A DNA stretch of 64,000 bases from NCBI GenBank assembly GCA_048937405.1, contig JBHLNF010000007.1, positions 32,001-96,000 on the forward strand, written 5' to 3'. Within the stretch, counting starts at the first letter, position 1. Every line of letters begins with the position of its first letter. The notes below the pieces were generated by a model, which worked only from the letters and a program-made list of their open reading frames with translations, was not told the origin of the DNA and did no database searches. The stretch comes from Promethearchaeota archaeon. Its GTDB lineage: Archaea > Asgardarchaeota > Lokiarchaeia > Sigyniarchaeales > SOKP01. Of this stretch, positions 31,052 to 40,761 are shown piece after piece. The position numbers were made by a program, and so were the translations under genes.

Positions 31052-31807
31052 TTAATATAATCTAATCTCTGAACCACATAAAGCACAGAAATTTGCTAGA
31101 TCAGATACTTTAGTTCCACAATTTGGGCAAAAATTAATTTTTCTTTCAGGGTTTACGATTTGTTGAGGTTCATGTAAGTCTGTATGCAGTTCTGAAGATT
31201 CTGGGGTGTCAATAGTTGACAATTTGTTTAATATCGCTAGACTAAAATATCCTTTAATTTGATAGATAAAGCCAATGATTGCCGGAACAATTAAAAACCA
31301 TAATGAACTTAAGAGTGTCCCTTTTTTTAGTTTATCGCATCCTTCAATTGCTTCTTCGGATATATTAGTTGGAAACATCTTAAAGTTATTCTCAAAAAAT
31401 AATTTCAGATTTTTCCATGCGTTCATTTCAGCCGCCACGCCTACATATATGAGCACTATACCTGATATTATAAGAATTATAGGTATAGAGAGGGTGATAT
31501 AGATAGGTAATGAGGTATGGATAAAGAAAAAGAAAACAATGTTAACACCTCCGATAATCAAGACAACCATACCACATATTCTTGATACAAAACCCTTGAT
31601 ATATTTTGAGCGAAATTCATTTAACAATGGGCTATTTAAGACATAATTTGCTCTTTTAAGACTTTTCATTGCAACAAAAATAAGAATCATTGCTGCAAAA
31701 CCAGCCATTCCTGTGGTAATGCTCACAATGGTTAAAATTGCCACAACTTGAATATATTTCCCAAAATCATGGAATTCTTTATTAATACCTATGTTTATGT
31801 TTGACAT
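31052..31807 (-). CDS. Membrane protein with C-terminal zinc ribbon
   Basis: Several TM segments; FCPNCG...FCALCG. Confidence 0.8.
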   Translation of the reverse strand: MSNINIGINKEFHDFGKYIQVVAILTIVSITTGMAGFAAMILIFVAMKSLKRANYVLNSPLLNEFRSKYIKGFVSRICGMVVLIIGGVNIVFFFFIHTSLPIYITLSIPIILIISGIVLIYVGVAAEMNAWKNLKLFFENNFKMFPTNISEEAIEGCDKLKKGTLLSSLWFLIVPAIIGFIYQIKGYFSLAILNKLSTIDTPESSELHTDLHEPQQIVNPERKINFCPNCGTKVSDLANFCALCGSEIRLY

Positions 31808-31974
31808 TTTTATATTCTAATTTGATATTTAGATAATTAATATAGTCTTCTCAAAGACAATTGATTAAAGAATGGGAGTCCATTAATTGTGATTTGTACT
31901 ATAATTCCAATACAAGTTTAAAAGGGGTTGAGTATGTACTAAATGAGGTTTTTTCTGTTCTCCTCTATTGATAA

Positions 31975-32976
31975 TTAGTCTTTATGCATATTTTTAATTT
32001 CTTCTAAAGGGAGTATCTGGCGAGGTTCATGTACAACAAGACCTTGAGCATATTTTCTTAAGATAGAAATTATACTTAAAAACTCTGATTTTTTTATGAT
32101 AGTATTTATAGCAAACCATCCTTCAGAATCTGCCCCAGCTAATTTAGAAATTGTAGGACGCTTTAATGCGGGGAGGGATTTTAAAATTATATCTAAGTTC
32201 TCTTCTCTAACATTTAAAAATACATGGAGAGATTTTGAAGCTTTTATAACGCCTTTTAACAGAACCAAAATATCTTTAATTTTTTCTCTTTTCCATTCAT
32301 CTTTTAAGGCATTTTTATTTGCTATTAGAACAGCAGTAGAGGTATCAACAACCTCAATAATTTTTAGATTATTAGCTTTAATAGTTGATCCTGTAGCGGT
32401 GTTATCAATAATAACATCCACTTCTTCTGGAGGTTTGGCTTCAGTTGCTCCAAATGATAAAAATATCTTAATTTTATCATTTTTTCCCCATTTTCTCCAA
32501 GGAGTAATTATGAGAGGATTAATATCACCATAAAGTTTTTTATATGTTTTATTATTTTTAATGTAATCTAAAGAAAGAGTTAGATATTCAGTAGAGATTC
32601 TTAGAACCTTCTTATCATTATAGAATTTTAAGAGCACATCATCTAAAGAATTGATGTGTTCCCAATCATTAGGAATACAAAAAACAATTGAAACGCCACC
32701 TATTTCTAAATCTAATAATACTTCCACATCTGCATTAGTTTCTTTAACCCAATCTTTCCCTGATATTCCTAAATCAAATTCATTTTCGCCAATTAAATAA
32801 TTAGGAATTTCTTGAGGACGTAATAATTTAACATAAATTTCTGAATCTTTTACAGATGGTCTATAATCTCTTTTTGAAGAAAATGTAAGCTTTAATCCAG
32901 CTCTTTCAAAAAAGGAGGCAACTTCATCATGAAGGCTTCCTTTAGGAAGTGTAATTTTTAATTTTTTATTATTCAT
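31975..32976 (-). CDS. hisG: ATP phosphoribosyltransferase (long form)
   Basis: LPKGSL, RPQEIP, DLGISGKD, GATE, DNTATGSTIKANNL, LPALKRPTIS. Confidence 0.95.
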   Translation of the reverse strand: MNNKKLKITLPKGSLHDEVASFFERAGLKLTFSSKRDYRPSVKDSEIYVKLLRPQEIPNYLIGENEFDLGISGKDWVKETNADVEVLLDLEIGGVSIVFCIPNDWEHINSLDDVLLKFYNDKKVLRISTEYLTLSLDYIKNNKTYKKLYGDINPLIITPWRKWGKNDKIKIFLSFGATEAKPPEEVDVIIDNTATGSTIKANNLKIIEVVDTSTAVLIANKNALKDEWKREKIKDILVLLKGVIKASKSLHVFLNVREENLDIILKSLPALKRPTISKLAGADSEGWFAINTIIKKSEFLSIISILRKYAQGLVVHEPRQILPLEEIKNMHKD

Positions 32977-33382
32977 TTAACGTCACTAAATTTTTGAAAT
33001 ATAATAATTTATTTATGAAAAAATTTGCAAATTCTATTTTTAATCAGACTTTTTAAGATTGTTTACATTATCTAAATGCTTTATAGATAATCTTAAAATA
33101 TGAGTAAACAAGTATTATTGAATGTTTATAGAAATTATTGTTAAGATTACTTTAATCTTAATTATATTTCTAATAATCCTTTTAAATTTTTAGGGGATAT
33201 AGAACCTACAACTTTCAGGTAAGGTAAATTCAGCGACTGATTTCAATGAAAATTTCATGTAAAAAATGAGATGAAAAAAACTGAGAGTGTTCTTTGATAT
33301 TTTACTTTTTTTCGTAATTAAATCATAAGAATTATGAAATATAAGATTAAAACAATATAATTTTCTTATAAAGATAACCTGA

Positions 33383-33760
33383 TTATTGCTTTCTCAATGC
33401 CTTTTCAATACTATCTAATTCTTTTTCTAATTCCTTTTTCCTTTCTTCAAGTAAGTTCTCTCGTTCTATCAGTTCTTCCTTACTTGGTGTCGTCAAATAT
33501 TTTCCTTTTTCATGATTGGATTGCGAATTTTTCAGTTCTTTTAAAACTTCACGTCTATTTAACTTTTTAAATGATGGATCTGATTTATTAGGATAGATTG
33601 ATCGATTAATTTCAGCAATCCTTTTCCTTACTGCAGATCTAATAAATTCAGACTTAGTTTGTAGTTGTAAGTGTGAATATCTGTCTATTTTTTTGTATAG
33701 CCTTTCGGATACCATAACTTTAATAAATTTCTCTTTTTTTTCATCCTTCATTTTAAACAT
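33383..33760 (-). CDS. Ribbon-helix-helix (CopG-like) DNA-binding protein with coiled-coil tail
   Basis: FIKVMVSERLYKKID...TKSEFIRSAVRKRI. Confidence 0.8.
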   Translation of the reverse strand: MFKMKDEKKEKFIKVMVSERLYKKIDRYSHLQLQTKSEFIRSAVRKRIAEINRSIYPNKSDPSFKKLNRREVLKELKNSQSNHEKGKYLTTPSKEELIERENLLEERKKELEKELDSIEKALRKQ

Positions 33761-33777
33761 CTACTATTGATATAATT

Positions 33778-33803
33778 ATGATCATTATGATCATCATGAT
33801 CAT
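33778..33803. promoter_or_regulatory. Three tandem ATGATCAT palindromes (9-bp period), putative operator
   Basis: ATGATCAT-T-ATGATCAT-C-ATGATCAT between a TATA-like box (about 33805-33816) and the RHH start. Confidence 0.65.
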
Positions 33804-34024
33804 CTTTATATTTAAATTTAATTAAAATCAAAAGTATATTTTTTGTGAAAATAAAGGGAAAGTTAAATTTTGCATCTGATTTCAATGAAAATTTCTTTGA
33901 AAAACTTTTCTCATCTAATAAATTATACCTAGATCAATTGAACAATGAATTTTCAAGAGTTATAAAGGTATATATCTTCAAATTACAGCGGCTTTACTAT
34001 TTTGATTTAAGAAACTAAAAAAAA

Positions 34025-34351
34025 TTAATTAATAATTTTTTGAATCATTTCATAATTTCCGGTACATTGAATTTTTTCTTCTCCTTCTTTTATATAGAAT
34101 TGAACATCGTAGTATGGCCAAAAAATTCTTTGCTTACCAACTAAGCCTCTTGTTACCACAATATTCAATTGATTTTTCATCGATTCAACCACATTCATAT
34201 ATTTTTTATATTGTGTCTCAGTATCCTTCATTACTTCCACATTAAGCACCAATATTTCTTGACCTTCTTGTGCAATTAACTCTTTGAGACGCTCTATTAA
34301 ATAGATCCATTTAAATTCCCATGAAGTATTTTGTTCGGTCATAATTCCCAA
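34025..34351 (-). CDS. Hypothetical protein
   Basis: 108-aa ORF downstream of the TPR gene. Confidence 0.55.
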   Translation of the reverse strand: MGIMTEQNTSWEFKWIYLIERLKELIAQEGQEILVLNVEVMKDTETQYKKYMNVVESMKNQLNIVVTRGLVGKQRIFWPYYDVQFYIKEGEEKIQCTGNYEMIQKIIN

Positions 34352-34396
34352 TCATATTGAGATTATATAAAAAAAAAATTAAAGAGTTTCTCAATA

Positions 34397-36091
34397 TTAT
34401 TTATGAATATTCGGATATATTATCTTATTTGGGTAAATTTTACGTGCTTTTTTTATTATTTCAAGAGCTGCTTCATTTTTCTTCATATTAAATAATATTC
34501 CTGCTTGTTCTGAGTAAATTTCAAATAATAAGTCTTTTTCCAATTCTGGATTGAGAATATCTTCCAAGATTTTTAATGCATCTCTATTTTTTTTTAAATA
34601 GAAAGCAAGATATCGTGCTTTTTGTAAATATAACTGTGTTGATGTTGGGGCGATATTGATAGCAGTATTTAATACTTCTAAAGCCTTTTCATACATATCC
34701 AAGAAACAATAGACCGAGGCTAAATTTGAATAGTATTGTGGAACGGAAGGATCTATTTCGATAGCTCGATTTATTGCTTCTATAGCTTTTTCATATTTAT
34801 TCTTCCACATTAAAATATTTGCTAAATTTATATGATAATTTGCAACTTCTGGATTTATTTCAATGGCTTTTTTAATATTTTTCAAGGCTTTATTATATTC
34901 ACCATTAAATTGTAATATTTGCGTTTTAATAGCATAATTTAATGAATTTTTAGTATTTAAGTCAATTGCTTTATCAACGTATTCTAAACTATTATTAACC
35001 ATTGTATCATGTTTGAAATGTGGAATTTCTTTATTAGCTTCTTTAAGACATGTTATTGCTTTTTTTTGCAAATAATCCAGACGTTCAAAAATATATATAT
35101 CAGAAGTTAAAATTAAGGCAGGAATTTCTTTTAGATTTAGGTAATTAAAAAAGTATTTTTTCTTAAAGTCTTTAAACATTTTTATTAAATAATTCCTTAT
35201 TACGTAAAAAAGAGGAATTTCTAAACTCTCGTGAAAAAGATTGTACTTTTTAATTAACTCAAATAAGATTTCTTCACATAAATCATTTATAATGATTTCT
35301 TTAAAATTATTAGAGTCTACAATTCCTAAATAATAATGGCTTCTCAGGATAGATTGAATTATAGCTTTAAAAATCGTTCCATATTCATCTGTGGATCTAA
35401 AATATAGAATAATATTTTCTTTTGATAATTTTACTTCATAAAACGTAATAAAACAAGCTTCTTTCACAACAACTTGATGTAAGAACCATTTTAATTCCAT
35501 CTTAGTTAACTTATTCTTTCCATATTTTTTGATAAAATCCTCTAATGAAATTGATATTTTTTTAGCTTCATCAAAAAATTTTACGTGATTTAAAGTTAAA
35601 TATAAAATTGAAATATTTAACTTATCTTCAGAAAACGACTTTAAATTTTCTGTTGGTAATTCATTTCTAATTTTGAGAAACTCAATGACAATATTTATAT
35701 CTTTTATATTAAATAAATTTAAGAACTGATTAATTTGATCAAGATTTTTAGTGGAAACTTTTTGTTCCAAATTTAAAATAGTCTTAATATCTAACCTATA
35801 GGATTTAAGTCTTTTAATCAATTCTTTCACTCCCAAACTAGTGACTGAATAAATACTATTCTTTTGATCCCGTGTAACGTTGATAAAATTTTTGCTTTTT
35901 AATTTTCTCGCCCATTTATGAAAAGTATTTTTATTCATTCTATTTGATATCCCCTTTTCAGAACTGTTTATAAATTCTTCACGTCTCATTGGGCCATAGA
36001 CACCTAATATATAGAGAATAGCATCTTCATACTTTTTATTCTCCCAAATTTGAACAGGAATTTTATAAGGAATGATATTCATTTCAGCCAT
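34397..36091 (-). CDS. N-terminal wHTH + C-terminal TPR protein
   Basis: NTFHKWARKLKSKNFI...YSVTSLG wHTH; about 5 TPRs (KAIEINP, RAIEIDP). Confidence 0.85.
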   Translation of the reverse strand: MAEMNIIPYKIPVQIWENKKYEDAILYILGVYGPMRREEFINSSEKGISNRMNKNTFHKWARKLKSKNFINVTRDQKNSIYSVTSLGVKELIKRLKSYRLDIKTILNLEQKVSTKNLDQINQFLNLFNIKDINIVIEFLKIRNELPTENLKSFSEDKLNISILYLTLNHVKFFDEAKKISISLEDFIKKYGKNKLTKMELKWFLHQVVVKEACFITFYEVKLSKENIILYFRSTDEYGTIFKAIIQSILRSHYYLGIVDSNNFKEIIINDLCEEILFELIKKYNLFHESLEIPLFYVIRNYLIKMFKDFKKKYFFNYLNLKEIPALILTSDIYIFERLDYLQKKAITCLKEANKEIPHFKHDTMVNNSLEYVDKAIDLNTKNSLNYAIKTQILQFNGEYNKALKNIKKAIEINPEVANYHINLANILMWKNKYEKAIEAINRAIEIDPSVPQYYSNLASVYCFLDMYEKALEVLNTAINIAPTSTQLYLQKARYLAFYLKKNRDALKILEDILNPELEKDLLFEIYSEQAGILFNMKKNEAALEIIKKARKIYPNKIIYPNIHK

Positions 36092-36129
36092 ATTACTACA
36101 ACTTATTTTTAAAAATTTAAAATTAACTG

Positions 36130-36151
36130 ATTAGGACAAGTATTAGGACAA
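36130..36151. repeat. Direct repeat ATTAGGACAA x2 in divergent promoter
   Basis: Copies at 36130-36139 and 36142-36151. Confidence 0.5.
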
Positions 36152-36291
36152 AAGACATAAATCTCAATAAATTCAATTACTTTTTAATAAAATAGAAATA
36201 AATCTTCTTAGTTTAAGATTAAAAAAACTTTAATCAATAAGTCTATACATTTTAGTTATTTCACTTAATTTTAAAGAATAAAGGTGAAAAT

Positions 36292-36495
36292 TTGTATAAG
36301 AAGGTAAACAAAAAGAAGTATAAATGTCCTCGCTGTAAAAGTGAAAACATTTTAGAATTTGATACTTTCATCACATGTAATAAATGTCATTTAGATTTTG
36401 ATAAATATCATCTAGGGATAATTGATGATGAAAATATTTTAGCACATGAGGAATTAAAGGGCTTTTTTGACGCTTTTAATAAAAAAGATATATAA
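36292..36495 (+). CDS. Small Zn-ribbon protein
   Basis: CPRC...CNKC; AGGTGA SD before TTG. Confidence 0.75.
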   Translation: MYKKVNKKKYKCPRCKSENILEFDTFITCNKCHLDFDKYHLGIIDDENILAHEELKGFFDAFNKKDI

Positions 36496-36874
36496 TTTTA
36501 TGATTTTCATTAAATTAACTAAATAAAGAAAGGAAAGGGTTAATAAATAAAGATAATCACTTTATTTGGAACATATATAAAATAAAAATAGTTGATTAAG
36601 TGAAATGAATGATTAAACTCAAACATAATGGGATTTATTAGCAATTTCTAATTGAATATTTTAATACTTATCCTTTATCAAAGACTTTCTTTACAAATCT
36701 TAAATTTTAATTTTACGTGTAATTATTTGGAAATAGATTCTATTAAAATTCTATAAAAATTGTTGATATCAGTAATATGGACCTATAAAGCCTCTAGAAA
36801 TTAGAAAACCTTTAAAAAAATTGATATTGAGTATTAAATTAGACAGAATTACTAATAATAAAAAAATGAGTATT

Positions 36875-37189
36875 ATGAATTACTATATTTTTTTTGTAAC
36901 TGTGCCGAATATTGAAGAAGGGCAAAAAATAGCTAAGATATTAGTAGAAAACAAACTTGCTGCATGTGTAAATATAATTCAAAATGTTTTTTCAATTTAC
37001 AGATGGAAAGGGAATATAGAAGAAGATAATGAACAATTATTAATAATCAAAACCACAGAGCATAACAGTACTAAGATAATTAAAAAAGTAAAAGAAATTC
37101 ATTCTTATACAGAACCAGAGTGTATTGGTGTGAAGATTGAAAAGGGATCTGAAACCTATCTAAATTGGATTAAAGAAATGATAGAATAA
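36875..37189 (+). CDS. cutA: Divalent-cation tolerance protein CutA
   Basis: LVENKLAACVN, SIYRWKG, HSYTEPE, YLNWI. Confidence 0.95.
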   Translation: MNYYIFFVTVPNIEEGQKIAKILVENKLAACVNIIQNVFSIYRWKGNIEEDNEQLLIIKTTEHNSTKIIKKVKEIHSYTEPECIGVKIEKGSETYLNWIKEMIE

Positions 37190-37214
37190 AAAGAGAATAA
37201 AACATTCTAGAACT

Positions 37215-38051
37215 ATGCTATATGATATTTTTCAAATCGATTGGATCTTTGTCGATACAATTATAATAATTTTATTGATTTTACTCTTAATTTGCGTTAA
37301 GATTTTTAAATCAACACAACGATGGCGATCATCATTTTCTAATATAGCTTTAAATACTTTTTTCATTTCTGATATCCCTAATCTTAATACAAATGAAAAT
37401 CTTCTTGTAAAAAAGGTAGTTTTGATTAAAAATACTTCTTTAGTAGATAAATGCAATAAAAATCCAATTATTCTAATTTTAAGAACACATCCTAGAAGAA
37501 GATTATCAAGAATTTTAGCTGAGGGTATAGGAAGTAATGGTTACAATGTTATTTTAGCAAAAATTAAGATCAAGTATTATTCAAAAAAAAAAAATTCCCC
37601 TGAAATTATAATTAATGAGTTAAAATCTTTTCTTTCTATTATCTTAGATTCGTATAAAGAAAAAGGACTAATAATTAACCAGCATTATATAATATTAAAT
37701 AATTCAAGATTGTTAATTCCTCTTAAAGCGATTTTAACAGATAATAAAAACAGTGGTTTAATTTTAATCAATCCGAAAATAAATTCAGGAATTTTATATA
37801 ATAAAATAACAGCTAGTAGCGAAAAAAACACAAAAATGCCAATATATGCAATTTTCAGTAAAAATAACTTCTTTCTTTTCCCAAATAAAAACTTAAAAGT
37901 TCTACAATCTAATAATTTCTCTCAAAAATTGGATGAACTAAAAATTATCACTCTTGAAAAGGCAAAAAAATCATTTAAATACTATGAAACAATTATATTG
38001 GGAATTATTATTGATATTATTGAAAATAAATTAGTTAAAATAAATAATTAA
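37215..38051 (+). CDS. Membrane-anchored protein, possible degenerate alpha/beta-hydrolase fold
   Basis: N-terminal TM helix; LAEGIGSNGYNV and GLILINP strands, but no GxSxG. Confidence 0.5.
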   Translation: MLYDIFQIDWIFVDTIIIILLILLLICVKIFKSTQRWRSSFSNIALNTFFISDIPNLNTNENLLVKKVVLIKNTSLVDKCNKNPIILILRTHPRRRLSRILAEGIGSNGYNVILAKIKIKYYSKKKNSPEIIINELKSFLSIILDSYKEKGLIINQHYIILNNSRLLIPLKAILTDNKNSGLILINPKINSGILYNKITASSEKNTKMPIYAIFSKNNFFLFPNKNLKVLQSNNFSQKLDELKIITLEKAKKSFKYYETIILGIIIDIIENKLVKINN

Positions 38052-38061
38052 TATTTAACTG

Positions 38062-38769
38062 ATGAAAAAAGAGAATATTTTAAGAGATCATAATGAATCG
38101 ATAATATATTCTGAAAAAGATTGGAATCTCTTAAAGGACAAAAGAGCGAATGCAATAAAACTATTAAAAATATTCACTATAGAAGGCTTTAATCCATTTA
38201 TTTATGGAAGTATTGCACGTGGCAATGTTCATGAAAATAGTGATATTGATATTATATTTCTTGACCAAGTTCCCTCATTTCAAATTGAATTCATATTAAA
38301 TAAAAATGGTTATAAAAATTATTTTAGAGAAATTATAATGGCAACTCCCTTAGATTCAATAAAACTTTACATTTACTTAAGTGAATTAGAGAGTATAACA
38401 ATACCATTATCAAAATTAGATAAAAATATTTTAGAATTTTATGATTTTGGTGGAAAAATCAACTATAATCAACTTGATTCAGATTTAAGAGTAGCGGGTA
38501 TTGATAAAAGACTAGTTCTAATCAACCCTACACCTGAAGGACACGAAGAAATCTCAATTATTGGAAATGAAGTAAGAGCTGCAAAAGAGGTAGGGATTAG
38601 TATTGAGACTTTAAATGAACGCAAAAAAGTGTTTTTAAGAAGGGAAAAACATGGAAGAACTGGTGTATTTTTAAAAAGACAACTTCAAATTAATGAAACC
38701 ACTGAAGAAGCTTTAAAAAATTTAGCAAATAAGAAATCTATTGTGAGAAAAAAATTATTTAAAATATGA
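38062..38769 (+). CDS. Pol-beta-like minimal nucleotidyltransferase (archaeal)
   Basis: YGSIARG...SDIDI, EFYDFGG, RVAGIDKRL, GRTGVF. Confidence 0.88.
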   Translation: MKKENILRDHNESIIYSEKDWNLLKDKRANAIKLLKIFTIEGFNPFIYGSIARGNVHENSDIDIIFLDQVPSFQIEFILNKNGYKNYFREIIMATPLDSIKLYIYLSELESITIPLSKLDKNILEFYDFGGKINYNQLDSDLRVAGIDKRLVLINPTPEGHEEISIIGNEVRAAKEVGISIETLNERKKVFLRREKHGRTGVFLKRQLQINETTEEALKNLANKKSIVRKKLFKI

Positions 38770-39917
38770 GAAAGAAAATTTTAACCAAATCAGAAGGAGA
38801 AACTTATTTTATAAAAGTTAGGAGCATACCAAAAGGGTGTAAGTATTGTCTAGAAGGAAGTAAGGTTGTGTTATTTCTAAATGGTATTTGTCAAAAACCT
38901 AATCATTGTTCATGGTATTGCCCTATTTCGGAAGAAAGGAGAAATAAAAATCAAACTTATGCAAATGAAATTGAGATTACATCTAAAGAAGAACTAATTA
39001 AAGAAATAAATATGATAGACGCTCATGGAATGAGTATTACTGGAGGAGAACCACTTTCAGAGCTAAATTTTGGAAAAACCCTTGATTATATTAAATACAC
39101 TAAAAATAAAAAAGGAAAAAAATTTCATATTCACCTGTATACTAATGGTATTAATTTTAGTGAAGAAAAAGCTGAAAAACTATCTAGAGCAGGTTTGGAT
39201 GAGATAAGATTTCATCCTTCTAAAGAAAACTGGATTAATATAGAGAATGCTCTCAATAAACATATGACAGTGGGAGTAGAAGTACCCGTTATCCCTGAAA
39301 ATGAGAAGATAAAAGAACTCAAACAACTAATCCTTTATTTAAATACAATTGGAGTAGATTTTATTAATTTAAATGAATTTGAGTATTGTTTTCCTAATAG
39401 TCAATCATTAAAGGAACGAGGTTTTCAATTGAAAAAAGGATCAATTGCTTCAGTTGTCAATAGTCATGAAACTGGACTTAATTTAATAAGAACCATCGGT
39501 CCTAAAGTATCTTTTATGATGCATTTTTGCACTATAAAAGCTAAAGACTATTTTCAATTAAAAAACAGATATATTAGGAGAGCTAAAAATATCAGGCTAC
39601 CTTATGAAGTAATTAATGAAGAAGGGCTTATAATTTATGGACAAATAGAGGGAAGCAAAAAGGAATTAGATGAATTTTACAAAATTCTCTTGAATAAGCT
39701 AAAAATTCAAGATGAATTGATATCTTATAATAGGGTTAATATTAAACTTCCCTTTTATATCTCAATTAGGGATGAATTTTTATCACTTCTGGAAAATTAT
39801 GACTTAAAAGGTTACATTGTAGAGATTACACCTTTTAGACTTTTAAAATATCAACAAATAACTGAAAAGACCCCTATTAAATTATTTAAGGAAGAATATG
39901 GTTTTAATGGAAGTTAA
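38766..39917 (+). CDS. Radical SAM protein (archaeal)
   Basis: GCKYC, C..(PNH)CSWYCP, ITGGEP, HLYTNG, DEIRFHP. Confidence 0.88.
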   Translation: MRKKILTKSEGETYFIKVRSIPKGCKYCLEGSKVVLFLNGICQKPNHCSWYCPISEERRNKNQTYANEIEITSKEELIKEINMIDAHGMSITGGEPLSELNFGKTLDYIKYTKNKKGKKFHIHLYTNGINFSEEKAEKLSRAGLDEIRFHPSKENWINIENALNKHMTVGVEVPVIPENEKIKELKQLILYLNTIGVDFINLNEFEYCFPNSQSLKERGFQLKKGSIASVVNSHETGLNLIRTIGPKVSFMMHFCTIKAKDYFQLKNRYIRRAKNIRLPYEVINEEGLIIYGQIEGSKKELDEFYKILLNKLKIQDELISYNRVNIKLPFYISIRDEFLSLLENYDLKGYIVEITPFRLLKYQQITEKTPIKLFKEEYGFNGS

Positions 39918-40383
39918 AAAGGTTAATATCAAGGACTTAAACAAAATATTAAATCTCGAAAAGAGAATTTTTAAAGAGAATGCATTTTCCAAGAAATTAA
40001 TAGAGAAATTAATTTCAAATAATTTGGTTTTTTTAAAACTAGAAATTTCTAAAATAAATAAAAAATTAATCGGATTTATCATTGTTATAAAAGATCGAGA
40101 GGAGAGTGTTAGTATTATTAATTTTCTCATTGATCCCAAATATCAAAATAAGGGATATGGATCATATCTTCTACAGTATACAATAGAAAAGATAAAAAAT
40201 CTAAAGAACATTAAAAAAATAAGCTTAAATGTTCAATTGAGTAATTCCCCCGCTATTAATCTGTATGAAAAATTCAATTTCAAAAGAAATCCAACAATTT
40301 TAGAGAATTATTATCAATCCGGAGAAAGTGCTTATTTAATGGAACTTGAAATTAACTCTCGATTAACTAAAACTTATAAATAA
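39898..40383 (+). CDS. GNAT N-acetyltransferase (RimI/Ard1-like)
   Basis: PKYQNKGYGS, LNVQLSNSPAINLYEK, NYYQSGESAYLM. Confidence 0.9.
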   Translation: MVLMEVKKVNIKDLNKILNLEKRIFKENAFSKKLIEKLISNNLVFLKLEISKINKKLIGFIIVIKDREESVSIINFLIDPKYQNKGYGSYLLQYTIEKIKNLKNIKKISLNVQLSNSPAINLYEKFNFKRNPTILENYYQSGESAYLMELEINSRLTKTYK

Positions 40384-40456
40384 ATTCTATTACAATATGT
40401 GTAAATATCAATTTAATTATTTTTAATGAATTTAAAATAGAAGGTGTTTATTAAAA

Positions 40457-40609
40457 TTGGCTCCAGTAGATAAAGAACTTCAAGAAGAAATTAAAAAAGG
40501 TGTAACTCTTCAAAAAGTTGATGAAGCAGAATTAAAGAGACGTGAAGAAGAAAAAAAGAAACGTATGGAAGAATTAGAAAAAGTAAAAGCAGCTCTAGGT
40601 GAAAAATAA
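40457..40609 (+). CDS. 50-aa WH2-like peptide (not in ORF track)
   Basis: MAPVDKELQEEIKKGVTLQKVDEAELKRREEEKKKRMEELEKVKAALGEK; AGGTG SD at 40442-40446, TTG start, T-rich tract after the stop. Confidence 0.8.
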   Translation: MAPVDKELQEEIKKGVTLQKVDEAELKRREEEKKKRMEELEKVKAALGEK

Positions 40610-40761
40610 GAAAAATACTATCTTTAAATGAGTTAATTTTTATCTTTTTTATTTATTTTATTTTCGCAAATATTTTTACTAACGCAGATTAAATTAAGCT
40701 TTTCTTTAATTTTAGATTAGTTTTATTTAATGTATAAATTTTTTTGATAAAACATAAGGAT

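Larger units (their letters stand above)
33221..33904 (+). repeat. Pair of ~45-bp imperfect direct repeats (33221-33265, 33860-33904) flanking the RHH gene
   Basis: Identical 20-bp core CTGATTTCAATGAAAATTTC at 33237-33256 and 33876-33895. Confidence 0.8.

Noticed and set aside
33191-33225. TAGGGGATATAGAACC...TCAGGT, faintly like the tRNA-Lys 3' half (possible att remnant)
   Set aside because: Too degenerate; no T-arm pairing and no integrase nearby.
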